Notes under the pieces: generated by a model
The model's database searches: none
The model's input: the letters and a program-made list of their open reading frames with translations, nothing else
What the model was told of the DNA's origin: nothing
Made by a program: the position numbers and the translations under genes
Shown here: positions 50,117 through 63,366 of the stretch, one piece after another
Layout of the letters: each line of letters opens with the position of its first letter
How positions within the stretch are numbered: position 1 is the first letter of the stretch
Assembly: GCA_964016885.1 (NCBI GenBank)
Contig: OZ024751.1
Coordinates: 37,510,001 to 37,574,000 of the forward strand
Direction: 5' to 3'
DNA length: 64,000 bases
Source: Eledone cirrhosa
Taxonomy: Eukaryota

Positions 50117-50577
50117 GCTACCACAAATATTGATAATTCCTATTAGTATGCAATGAAAATTATTTACCAATTCATTAAATATGAAAAAAAAAATGTATTT
50201 CCTTCTTGAAAGTGTTATTGCCATCTCTGTCATCTATTGACATGGTGTCTCAGTTGGGAATTGATAGAGAGGATAGAGATATGTTTAGTATTATTAATAT
50301 TAACATTATTTACCCTCAAATTAGCAAAGAACTCTTTCTGCAGCGCTGCGTAGCCTGGAGGTAAATATTGCAGTTTGTTAATCAAAGGTATCTCTATATT
50401 ATTTGGCCGTTTACACTTCGGCGTCACGAGCCTCATTGCATTCCTATGAATATTGTCAATAATCTACATTATCATTATTATTTAATATTATTTATTATTT
50501 GTTATTATTTGTTATTATTATCATCGTAATCTACGTAATCAGGGTAGTCATCGGCATTATCGTCAATATTTACGTAT

Positions 50578-50612
<35 letters not shown>

Positions 50613-50621
<9 letters not shown>

Positions 50622-51264
50622 ACTTGGGGACGTTCATATTTGTGTAATATTGCCAGAATTAATAACAGAACACACTCACTGTTTGGTTGGTTTTCGCTTT
50701 TCGCTTTTGTGTCTTTTATATCGGTAATCTAATTTATTCGGTCCTCAATGTTGCCATTGACTGACCAACGGTCAAAAATAATACAGATACAATATAGACA
50801 CAAACACATATATATAGTTTATCAAAGTTCTTTGATAAACTATATATATGTGTTTGAAGGGCGGTGGATTGGCAGTATTGGTAGAGGGTCGGACGCCATG
50901 CTTTGACGCATAGAGTTACAGCCCTTGCCATTCTGAGTTCAAATCCCGCCGAGGTTAACTTTGCCTTTCATCCTTACGGGGTCGATAAAATAAAGTACCA
51001 GTAATACACTTGGTAATTGCTGGCCTTGTGCCTAACGTAGAAACAATTATTTTTGACCGTTGGTCAGTCAATGGCAACATTAGGACCGAATAAATTAGAT
51101 TACCGATATAAAAGACACAAAAGCGAAAACCAACCAAACAGTGAGTGTGTTCTGTTATTAATTCTGGCAATATTACACAAATATGACCCTCCCCAAGTAT
51201 AACAATATTTGTTTCGACACACGATTTCATATAGAAAACCTCGCAAAACTAATTCATCGCCGTT
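50613..51264. mobile_element. Palindromic foldback/MITE-like element interrupted by a SINE
   Basis: 50613-50782 is the reverse complement of 51046-51207; 50801-50827 is the reverse complement of 50830-50856; flanked by (TA)n. Confidence 0.88.
50857..51045 (+). mobile_element. SINE family 1, full length, young
   Basis: ggcggtggattggcagtattggtagagggtcggacgcc...gagttcaaatcccgccgagg...gccttgtgcctaacgtagaaac. Confidence 0.93.
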
Positions 51265-51327
51265 ATATATATATATATATATATATATTTATAAAACATA
51301 CTTACTTGATATATATACTTAATATAG

Positions 51328-51471
51328 ACTTCTACAGGACTAGGACTGTTTCATTCGGTAGAAATGAAAGAGTTCTAGCACTGCAGCAGACTTTCTATAT
51401 TAAATATTCATACTCTGCTTTGTATTGAGTACCTTACTGTGGTTACCCCCGATTGAACCCGGGATAAACTG
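51328..51471 (+). mobile_element. Hammerhead/hairpin element family A
   Basis: ctacaggactaggactgtttcattc / gaaatgaaagagttctagcactgcag hairpin, actctgc...tattgagtac, tail ctgtggttacccccgattgaacccggg, then (TA)n. Confidence 0.65.
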
Positions 51472-51521
51472 ATATATATATATATATATATATATAGGGA
51501 TATATATATATATATATATAT

Positions 51522-51785
51522 CAAGTAAGAATATTTTCAAAACAGCGAGTGGGTTTGAAATTATTAGAAATGTAAGCTATCGCCGTATTTTGACTAAAGA
51601 AATTAAAGAAATTATTTAGCCTGATAGTGGGGTTAAGAACCCTCGGAGAAATGGAAAAAGATGAGTATTGACGTCAATACTCATCTTTTTCCATTTCTCC
51701 GAGGGTTCTTAACCCCACTATCAGGCTAAATAATTTCTTTAATTTCTCTAGTCAAAATACGGCGATAGCTTACATTTCTAATAAT
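51522..51785 (-). mobile_element. 226-bp spacerless palindrome plus 38-bp tail between (TA)n tracts
   Basis: 51560-51672 is the reverse complement of 51673-51785 with 1 mismatch; centre ttgacgtcaa. Confidence 0.88.
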
Positions 51786-51918
51786 ATATATATATATATT
51801 TATTAAAATAACAGATTAAAGTTTAAGCAAAGAATCGCTGCTTTCACCCTTAACGGGATCTTCTGAAACTAACCTTATCGAGCCCTCTTTGGATTTTAGT
51901 CTTCAATTTTATTATTAT

Positions 51919-51986
<68 letters not shown>

Positions 51987-52240
51987 GTGTGTGCGCGCAA
52001 ATGTATATACACATGTATTCATAAGAACGTGAACAACCTAAAGTACAAAGTTACTGATGTTGTTATAGTTGTTTTTACCCTTGTTCACCCATGATTGAAC
52101 CAAAATTTGATCAAAAGTAATCCAACCATAGCAATTTACTTCTTTCAGCAGTATTTAAGTCCATTCTAACGAATATTCCATTCCTTTTATTAATCCTATG
52201 CTGTAGGTTAATATGTTTATTCGTTTTGGGTTTCAGGTTT

Positions 52241-52419
52241 TAATAACTGTTTCTACTTTTGGCACAAGGCCAGCAATTATCCCAGTGCATTACTGGTACT
52301 TTATTTTATTGACCCCGTAAGGATGGAAGGCAAACCTCGGTGGGATTTGAACTCAGAATGGCAAGGGCCGTAACTATGCATTAAAGTATCGTGTTCGACC
52401 CTCTACCGATACTGCCAAT
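52241..52419 (-). mobile_element. SINE family 1 (short-3' subfamily)
   Basis: Homology with 4356, 44591 and 50857. Confidence 0.9.
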
Positions 52420-52796
52420 GATCATTCTGGGGCACCGCATTGATAAATAGCTCACAGCTTCAAGTTTAACTGCTATTTTTAACATATTAAATTACATTTT
52501 AGAGGCAATTTCATTAAGTCATCATCATTGTAGTATGCATAGAATCAGGCAGCACTTTAGAAATAGTAGAGCATTCTCGAATATGCTATTCGCTATTTTT
52601 TGTTTTCAAAATTGTAGTGAATGGTATGAGGGAGAATTTACTGCAATTTCTATCAGATTACTCGACCAGGTGGAGACTTCCTCATTAGCTCGGCGTGATG
52701 TTGTAGAGGGAGAAATATTGCACTGTAAAAACAGGCGAGACTTGATGGAATGGAACGAGACCCCCCCCCCCCCAAAAAAAAAAAAATTGATGAGAG

Positions 52797-52830
<34 letters not shown>

Positions 52831-52997
52831 GAGAGAAAAACTGCTAGATATGAAATACATAGACACAAGAGGAAATGTGAGAAAGTAACGGGAAGAGTGT
52901 GAAATTATTGATCTCCTTTCTCCAGTACCCAGCAGTGAATGGCGAAAAAAATTAAACATCACATAAAATCATGGAGAAACAAACAGATCGACTTTTA

Positions 52998-53156
52998 GAG
53001 AGGGAGCGTGAGGGAGAGAGGGAGAGGTGTAATAAGGGAGAGATGTAGTGAGGGAGAGGTGTAGTGAGGGAGAGGTGTAGTGAGGGAGAGATGAAGTGAG
53101 GGAGAGGTGAAGTGAAGGAGAGGAGTAGTGGGGGAGAGGTGTAGTGAGGGAGAGGA
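52998..53156. repeat. 16-bp minisatellite agggagaggtgtagtg
   Basis: Direct reading. Confidence 0.85.
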
Positions 53157-53338
53157 ATAGTTGGGTAGATGGGGAGACGGGTAGATGGGGATAGGTGTAG
53201 AGGAGTTGAGGGGTAACGGGGGAGAAAAAAGAGGGTGGGAATAGAATTATGAGAGAGAGGAAAGAAGAGAGCAAGAGAAAGGAATGAGTGAGAGACAGAA
53301 AAGAAGAGAGAAAGAAAAGAAGAGAGAGAGAGAGAGAG

Positions 53339-53374
<36 letters not shown>

Positions 53375-53944
53375 GATGAGAGGAAGAGAGGGAGAGAAAG
53401 AGACTAGACATGTCCACTAGTAAAATATAGATGGTGGCTGGTGTTTAATAGATATGATGTCACATTACCAATAGCGATGCTCTAACAGAAATTAGTTAGC
53501 TTCGCATTTTGGTTTCACACATCCCACACAAAGTAATCACCAGCTTGAAATATTTATAGGATATTGGCGTAATAATGCTTGTAAAAAGTGTTGGTGTTGA
53601 TGCTAGACACAGGCAATTTAAATGCAGTCTAGCTGATGGGAGTTGATATGATATAAACACTGACCAACAATGCTGCTGCTGCTGTTCATGATGATGATGA
53701 TGATGATGATGATACAAATGATGTTAGACACGCAGACAGTGTAAAGGTTGTCTTCATAGAGAATGAGATACAGATACTGACCAAATATGGTGATAATGAT
53801 GGCGGTGTTTTTAAAAGGCGACGGTGTTTCGTTGTCCTAAACTAGTGGAGTATAATGCGTTAACTGGTGTCGAAGCCAGACAAATGTAATCAATTTTTAG
53901 ATACGTGTTGAACCTAGACTAATGCGGTGCATATATGAACATAT

Positions 53945-54004
53945 TTGCATGTATATATATATATATATATATATATGCATGTATATATATATATATATAT
54001 ATGC

Positions 54005-54050
<46 letters not shown>

Positions 54051-54697
54051 GCATATATATGTATATATATATATATATATACATGCATATATTTATATAT
54101 ATATATATATACATGCATATATATATATATATATATATACATGCATATATATATATATATATATATACATGCATATATTTATATATATATATACATGCAT
54201 ATATATATATATATATATATATATACATGCATATATATATATATATATACACATGAATATATATATATATACATGCATATATATATATATATATATACAT
54301 GCATATATATATCTATATATATATATACATGCATATATATATATATATATATATATATACATGCATATATATATATACATGCATATATATATATATACAT
54401 GCATATATATATATATATATACATGCATATATATATATATATATATATATACATGCATATATATATATATATATACATGCATATATATATATATATATAT
54501 ATATACATGCATGTATATATATATATATACATGCATATATATATATATATACATGCATATATATATATATATATATATATATACATGCATATATATATAT
54601 ATATATATACATGCATATATATATATATATATATATATATACATGCATATATATATATATACATGCATATATATATATATATATATATATACATGCA

Positions 54698-54729
<32 letters not shown>

Positions 54730-54755
54730 CATGCATATATATATATATATATACA

Positions 54756-54790
<35 letters not shown>

Positions 54791-54834
54791 GCATATATAT
54801 ATATATATATATATATACATGCATATATATATAT

Positions 54835-54880
<46 letters not shown>

Positions 54881-55616
54881 GCATATATATATATATATAC
54901 ATGCATATATATATATATACATGCATATATATATATATATACATGCATATATATATATATATATATATACATGCATATATATATATATATACATGCATAT
55001 ATATATATATACATGCATATATATATATACATGCATATATATATATACATGCATATATATATATATATACATACATATATATATATATATATACATGCAT
55101 ATATATATACATGCATGCATATATATATATACATGCATGCATATATATATATATACATGCATATATATATATATATATACATGCATATATAATATATATA
55201 TACATGCATATATATATATATATATATATATACATGCATATATATATATATATATACATGCATATATATATATATACATGCATATATATATATATACATG
55301 CATATATATATATATATACATGCATATATATATATACATGCATATATATATATATATATACATGCATATATATATATACATGCCTATATACATGCATATA
55401 TATATATATATATATACATGCATATATATATATATATATACATGCATATATATATATATATATATATGCATATATATATATATATATACATGCATATATA
55501 TATATATATACATGCATATATATATATATACATGCATATATATATATACATGCATATATATATATATATATATACATGCATATATATATATATATACATG
55601 CATATATATATATACA

Positions 55617-55683
<67 letters not shown>

Positions 55684-55685
55684 GC

Positions 55686-55745
<60 letters not shown>

Positions 55746-55868
55746 GCATATATATATATATATATATATATATACATGCATATATATATATATACATGCA
55801 TATATTTATATATATATACATGCATATATTTATATATATATACATGCATATATTTATATATATATACA

Positions 55869-55901
<33 letters not shown>
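53945..55901. repeat. ~1.95 kb array of catgca(ta)n units
   Basis: Direct reading; nearly uninterrupted alternating purine-pyrimidine sequence. Confidence 0.96.
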
Positions 55902-55903
<2 letters not shown>

Positions 55904-56494
55904 TGGCTGCCAACTCGTTTTCGAGTACGGCCACTACTTTATATCCATGTAGGAGAACCCTACCGATGCGCTGAACGAGTGTGACTTTTTAGTCCAGCCA
56001 GCAACTTGTAAACTCTGGTACAAACACTACACTTGCGACAATTATTGACACATAGTGCTGGGCCCATGGTACCATGTAACAACCAGAGCAAAGAGATCTC
56101 CAGATATAAAGCAATGCCTGTGCCGTGAAGCTTTTATAGTGAGCAAAGGCACTGTACAAAGCCAGTCCCACTCTCTTAACCAAGATGATATTTACCAAAA
56201 AGAAGAACAAGTCAACATCATTGGATACCATCAAGGTTGCAGGTGTTATATCAGAGTTTTCCTTCTCCTAGAATTCTGCCCTGACAAAGGCTAAGGGGTC
56301 ATCTCTCCCGGTGATTTTGGATGGCTATTGGCTCTTAAGAGCTCCTTTGACAGGTTTTGTTTTTAGTCCTGCAGGATGTCCAAAGTCACCCTCCTCACCA
56401 AGAAACCTTGGTGGGGTTGCCAGTTTAGTCGCCAACGACCCGACCATGAGACAGGTTGTACTGGGATACATGTTATCAGTAGCACCAACTGACA
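55902..56494 (-). mobile_element. Probable RTE-derived non-autonomous retroposon or RTE 5' UTR fragment
   Basis: GC-richer block between TA tracts; cagagttttccttctcctag...acaaaggctaag is the antisense of the cctt...gcaac...ctaggagaaggaaaactctg motif typical of RTE 5' regions; no intact ORF. Confidence 0.55.
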
Positions 56495-56739
56495 TATATA
56501 TAGCAAGTTAGCCGAAATGAAAAATATTCCAACAATAATAGTTTCGTGGAAAGTTATCATTAATGCAGACTATAACGAATATCTAGAGAACTGTGTCAGT
56601 TATAAATGCTGATCTGACAGTTTATTTCAAACCATAAACAGACAATCAAATGTGAATGTTGATCAGCGTTAATTTTATATTGCAGACGTTGTATTACGAA
56701 ATGCTGTAGTGTACAGGCCATTCTCTATTCTCCATGTAT

Positions 56740-56985
56740 GCATGGCTTAGTGGTTTGAGCATTGGACTTGCTATCGAAAGATTGTGAGTTCAATTCTCGG
56801 ACCGGGTCATGTGTCGTTTCCTTGAGCAAGACACTTTATTTCACGTTTCTCCAGTTTACTCAGCTGTAGAAATGAGATGATAGGACTAGGGTCCCTATCA
56901 TTAAATTACCCAAGACACCTCAAACGAGATATACCTTGGAGGAGGCCAGCTAAACCTGCATAGGTGTGAGCTATCACACACATAG
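56740..56985 (+). mobile_element. tRNA-derived SINE family 2 with a CORE-like central domain
   Basis: A box tggcttagtgg, B box gagttcaattc, ccttgagcaagacactt...cagtttactcagctgtagaaatg (MIR/CORE-like); 14-bp direct repeat atgtatgcatggct at 56734 and 56986. Confidence 0.88.
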
Positions 56986-57303
56986 ATGTATGCATGGCTC
57001 AAAATAGTTGTCACGTTACTTTAAGAGTAGATAGGTGAAATAACCACACATTGGTCATACACTTAATGTTAACAGACACACACACAAACATACAAGGAAG
57101 AGATATGGTATCAATTATACATCCGCGATTTACCACATGATACTGTCTCTTCTTTTTTATGACATTCAGAATATGTCCGATATTTTAGAGGTAATACCTT
57201 AAGATCCTATGTCGTGGAGTTCTTACGGCTGTTTACACCAAGTTGGTCGATTGCTTGATCAACCAACACATTTTACTTGGAATAACATATATATATATAT
57301 ATG

Positions 57304-57364
<61 letters not shown>

Positions 57365-57454
57365 GGCAGTCGTGAAGCATTATTCGCATTAAAGGGTGTG
57401 ATACACACAAATGTATACACACTCACACACATGGTATGTATGTATATGTCGATA

Positions 57455-57532
<78 letters not shown>

Positions 57533-58303
57533 TTTATATATATGAGTAGATACATTCGACTAACATTTGTAAATAGAGCAAATTCAAATTCAAAGAAAAA
57601 AATGGCTAACGTTATTACAAATCACATTTGCTGATATTAAAATTGAACAAAATACATTACACATGTTTTATTCAATTTGTGGCAATTTCAGTTCTTTGGA
57701 GAAATAAAATTAGTCTATTACCAACTGCTTCAAAGGGAGATAATTCATTGTAATACATTCGATAAATAATGATACAATTTGCCTGCTATTGTATATAGCA
57801 ATTCAGTAAACAGCGAAACATACTTAACGATTACAGTTTCAATATCTGAATTATTTGTACTAAATGAATCAAACATAATACGCCACGTGTGAATGTATAG
57901 AGATACACACACACTATCAAACACACACACATTCTAGAATTCTGTAAATTTACATAGATACATATACATACATTTTTTTACCTAACTCAGTCATGTGCTA
58001 TAAGTTCGCTTTCCAATCACAATGATTCGTTTCCTAATCCCATATTTGTCTATGTAAATAGTTATTTCTACGTTTCTCATACATTTAATCCTCCATAGAT
58101 GCTTAATATATATGTAATGTTAGACAAAAATAGAGAAATGAAATTTCGTTTCATTCTTTTCAAAAATAAAATCATTTTATATTTAATCACTTCTACGCCT
58201 CAATCAATATAAACTATAATATTTCTATTATGTAAAATATAAATGTATCAAAACGTGAATTTTTAAGTGTGTATGATTGTTTATATATACAGGAAATCTA
58301 ATA

Positions 58304-58563
58304 TGTTGTTGTTGTTGTTGTTATTACAGCTCACACCTATGCAGGTTTAGCTGGGCTCCTCCAAGGTATATCTCGTTTGAGGTGTCTTGGGTGATTTAAT
58401 GATAGGGACTCCAGTCCTATCATCTCATTTCCACAGCTGAGTAAACTGGAGCAACGTGAAATAAAGTGCCTTGCTCAAGGAAAACACATGACCACAGGTC
58501 CGAGAATTGAACTCACAACCTTTCGATTGTAAGCCCAATGCTCTAACCACTAAGCCATGCGCC
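58304..58563 (-). mobile_element. tRNA-derived SINE family 2 with (CAA)n tail
   Basis: Reverse complement closely matches 56740-56972; (gtt)n at 58304-58322. Confidence 0.9.
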
Positions 58564-60352
58564 TAGATGGTTTGTCAAAATATATATGACACACCAATCT
58601 AGTATTGACGTCAGGTCGGCACTGCTCTACTAATAATTATGTGTCACCCAGCAAAAGGAAAAACTGCAACATAATCACAAAATCGAAGTTAAATACACAA
58701 AAGAAAGCCAACAAATAAAATTAAAAAAAGGATATATATGATATAAAATATGTCTAGGTTTTGATTTGTAAACAAAATAGTGGCTGAAACCCAAAGAAGA
58801 AATATTTACGGATGTAACTATAATAACGAGGTTAGTCTCTGTTGCTACTGGCAGTTTTGTGATCGCTTAGTGATCTCATGTTTATAATAATCTTTGTGCA
58901 TGTTTGTAGCAAAATATGTTTAAATAATGTAAACGAATATTTGACGTTTTCTATCACTATATTTGCTACTTGTATGGGTGTATTGATCTGTAGCTACTGG
59001 AGGAATTACGGCGTTGTAGTGCCATACCGTAGCATTTTAAAGGTTGTGGAATCCATTTCTTCTCCAGGTCAAAAGAAACAAATTTCAGCCAGAGAAGGAG
59101 AGAGTGTTAGATTATTTATACTCTTGGAACTTGCAGTGTACCTTAAGGTAGTGTTCCAGATAATAATATCTATATACTGTATTTGTTCTCTGTGTTATGT
59201 ATATTTCCAACACTGTATTGACGTAAAATATACATTTAAAATCTCCCAGTCGCTAGAATAATGTGTTAAATATTTTAATATCTGCTTTACAGTAGATAAA
59301 AACCTGAGTTAAATATATTAATGTCTTCTTTTACAATAGTTATCAGACAACGTAACCAAATCGCGTTGCTGGAAGCAATATAGGCAGTATGAATTTTAAA
59401 ATATATTTTATCTTTTTTATCAATGTCGGTAAATTGTCAGCTTCTAACAAGGCTTTGCAGTTATCATCCGTCTTTCTGTGCTCGCCATGTTAACATCCCA
59501 CTGAAACCAACTTTACCTTTTATCCATTCGGGGGAGATAGAATTCATTGACTGAAGTACATAATAGAATAATCTGTATCTCTTTCATTCACTTTTTTCCC
59601 CACCTCTCTGCGTCAAAACATTCCAAATGCACCCGAGTTGCAATGATGTAGAGGAAGAATACGCGGGAGAGAAAAGAACCGATACCAGTAATATACCAAT
59701 CCTTTTTATATTTATCACGAATGAAAGGCTGTAAGGAAAAGTTGATCTCAAAAGATTTTAACTCAAACCACAAACGAAGCCCTGCTAGTGATACTAAACG
59801 ACGTTCGAACAAGACGAAAAATACGCCGTCTGAGCATACATGCAAATTCAAGTACGAAATGGCATGAAATGTATGCGTCTTGTCGTTAGCTCAGCATTTA
59901 ACAAGTCATTTAGAATGCTGTGATGCAAATTTATGTACAGACAGATTGAAAAACGATACGATTAGGAAATGCAAACATATCAGAACAGCTTAATTCCGAA
60001 GTAATTTAGTTAATAAGACTTACATAATTATTCCTCAAGTTACATTGAGGCTGCATTTGATGGTAGATTTGGTTTCATAATTTAAAGTCTAGTTAGTAGA
60101 CCTGCATATACTATTACATAGCTACATAATATATGTGGATATTTAACATAAAATTTTGAATGAATAATTGTACCCAAACCTGTGTGGGTGTGAGCACGTT
60201 TGTCGCAATTTTTTGCGCGCACATGTGCGTACGCGTAGGTGTGTTTCAATCTGGTTCGAGAAGCTATTATTGTTGAGAGGTCTGTAGACATTTGCAGAAA
60301 GATTTCTCTTAACACGATGTAATATATTTCGCACAATCAGAAAACACAGTAA

Positions 60353-61530
60353 TATATATATATAAAACTGAGGTTGTCTGTCTGTCTATCGATTTTTGGC
60401 ACACATCTCCTCTTAGAATCTCTCACGGAATTGCACCGAAATTGCTATACTTGTACATTGAGCCCTAGCGAAGACATTGGAAGAAAAATATTTCAAGTTG
60501 ACCCGCCCTATCTGACGAAATCGAATATAATGTATCGATTTTTGAGCGTAAGTGATCAGTTATTTCCCTTTGTTCTGTTTACATTCAGCGTAGCGTCTTA
60601 CGTTCTCTTTACATTTTCTGCGTGCAAAAATTAAAAAAATGATTTCCCTTTGTTCTGTTTACATTCAGCTTAGCGTCTTACGTTCTGTTTACATTTTCTG
60701 CGTGCAAAAATTAAAAAAATTACGCTGGCAAAAATTAAAAAAATTACGCTGGCTTTCTCAGCGTTTAAAATGACATTAACACAATACACGAACAGTTGTC
60801 GAGCCAGCAAAATTTTGACCTGCAAAATTCATCAGTTCGAACACTAAGCTTCCGTTTTGCTTCATTTCCATTTAAAAGTCTTTTAAAACAATATTTTTAC
60901 TTGAAAACAAGTCTATTTAAAGACTACGTAAAACAAGCAAATATTTCGTAAAAAAAAGCACAAATTATATAAGTTTATTTAAAATATATGTATATGTAAA
61001 TTTCGTTAGGCGTGCAGACAGACAGTCGTGCAGACAGACAGTCGTGCAGAGAGGTGATATAGGCGTGCAGACAGACAGTCGTGCAGAGAGGTGATATAGG
61101 CGTGCAGACAGATAGTCGTGCAGAGAGGTGATATAGGCGTGCAGACAGACAGTCGTGCAGAGAGGTGATATAGGCGTGCAGACAGACAGTCGTGCAGAGA
61201 GGTGATATAGGCGTGCAGACAGACATAACTGATAATTTGGTTACGCTAATGTTTTTCTCTGCGTTGCAGTGTTTACATTTTCGATCTTTGTTAATAAATA
61301 ACCAGTGCAGTTTTTATCCCCAGCATCCTCTTTTGTTATAACATTCGGGTTATCGTTATGTTTTCTTAACTTCATAAGGCATATTGTTGGTTGAGGGAAT
61401 ATTAATCAAAAACACCACATGCAAGTCTGCACAGTAGACACTACAGTTTTTAAGCCAAAAAAGAAACTTAACATTGTAACTTTAACACAGCTACTGAGCG
61501 ACCCCGAGCAACGCCGGGCTTTACTGCTAG
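60353..61530 (+). mobile_element. Non-autonomous Helitron
   Basis: 5' tatataaaa...(gtct)n; 3' GC hairpin cccgagcaacgccggg followed 8 nt later by CTAG|T; no TSD; internal 80-bp and 37-bp tandem repeats. Confidence 0.82.
61008..61225. repeat. 37-bp minisatellite aggcgtgcagacagacagtcgtgcagagaggtgatat x~5.5 inside the Helitron
   Basis: Unit starts at 61061, 61098, 61135, 61172 and 61209. Confidence 0.93.
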
Positions 61531-63076
61531 TTTTATATAAAACAACCAAGACGGATTACTGAAATACATTTATAAACAAGCTCATTTAATGTATAATTAA
61601 AAATATGTAAAGAAATATTAGTGTGTTATATGAGGAACAGTAAGTGACACAATTTAAAACATTTCATATATTCAATGTACAGGATAATAAATGAAGCCTG
61701 ACATAAGTCAGCAATGTATTTTTTTTTTTTTCTTTTTCTAACGGCAGTATTTATGAAAGAAACATTTTACATGTGGATTAATATTAGTATTGAACATCAA
61801 ACTGTTAAAAATAAGAAATTCGTTAAGGAATCTACGGGGGTGTCAAACGTTTTCATCTAGGTAAATATTCAAGGCTGAGACAAGCTCAGTAAAAAGTTCT
61901 GATAACAAGTCAATTAATATTGATCCAACGGACGAATGATGTGTATATAATTTACTTATCATTGTATGTCCGTTCACATTTCAGTGTTCGTGAAATGTAT
62001 TGTCGTTGTTTAAGTTTGTGAGAAAAACAAGCTGTATAATGTGAAGTATGTTGTTATATTGTGATTTACTGTCATTGATAATTTTGGTGCATATTTCCTC
62101 TATAGTGGCTATCGTTATCTGATAGTCAGAATTGACTGGCCAAAATGTTGCTCACTTTACTGGTCATTCCATTGCCGATAGGGGCGTTTGTTGTTTCTGC
62201 AGAATAGAAAATATGAAGAGAATACGCGTAGGGAAATATTTTAAGCAGTTCATTCGTAGGGGTGATATATTTGTTTTGTTTTTTTTAGAGAGAAATAGAT
62301 CTGTCAATGTAGGTTCAAATGTTTTAACAGTTAGTTCGGTGACAGATATTTGAAACATATCTACAATAAGTGAATGATGCGATGGGATAACATGTTTTGC
62401 ACAAACCCTGATTAACACATTGATGCTACTGACATGTTAGCAACGCGACATTACCTGTCAACTGGTACAACATTTAAGAAAGAATTCATAATACATCAAT
62501 GGCAGTTTTTTCATGGCCAGAAAGTAGTCGTCTTGTATATGAATAATTCACTACAAACTTACTATTTTCTCTTACACATGAAAGTTTCTCTCTCTCTTGT
62601 CTGTCAATGTACGTACTACCTAAATATCAGCTGCGAACAGAAAGTTTTAGGCCTCTTCCTCTCATGATATTCTACCGCCTACTCCCACTCACTTTATCTG
62701 TCCTTAACTCCCCTGTATAAACAAACATGAGAGGTTATATCTACAGGTTTCAGCTAATGTCTCGTCATCAGATAATAACAACCTCAGCCACTCTCTCTAC
62801 AGAAGCATAGAAACTAAATGCAATGGAGATTTAATAATTTAAATGATGTGCATTGGATGAGCAACCTTATGAGGTAAACATTTACGCAGATCATTGCGTA
62901 CATTCTAAAACTTTGTGATCATTTTATATATATATTTAAAATATTTCTGTGTTTAAAATACGGTTATTGTGTATTTTTAAATCTTGTTTGCTTTTTCTTA
63001 AAAAAAGCACTTTTACTATGGACACTGAGACGACTGCTCCACATTTATAACATCTAATATTATATAGAAATATTAG

Positions 63077-63113
<37 letters not shown>

Positions 63114-63297
63114 CTATATATATATATATACGGTTATAGCTACTGTCGCTCAGAGAGTGGGATTGGCTCAGTGCACAGTCTTTCGTCACTTTAAAAAGTA
63201 TCTTCACGCACAGGCATTGTACGATAGAATTAATTAATTATTATTAATAATGGTATATCGTGCAATGGCCATACTCGATGACGAGCGGACATCCATC

Positions 63298-63366
<69 letters not shown>

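Noticed and set aside
56740-56810. tRNA gene
   Set aside because: A and B boxes continue into a SINE body; no complete cloverleaf.
61833-62130. Decayed mariner left end
   Set aside because: Only tacgggggtgtcaaa resembles a TIR; no partner TIR or transposase motifs.
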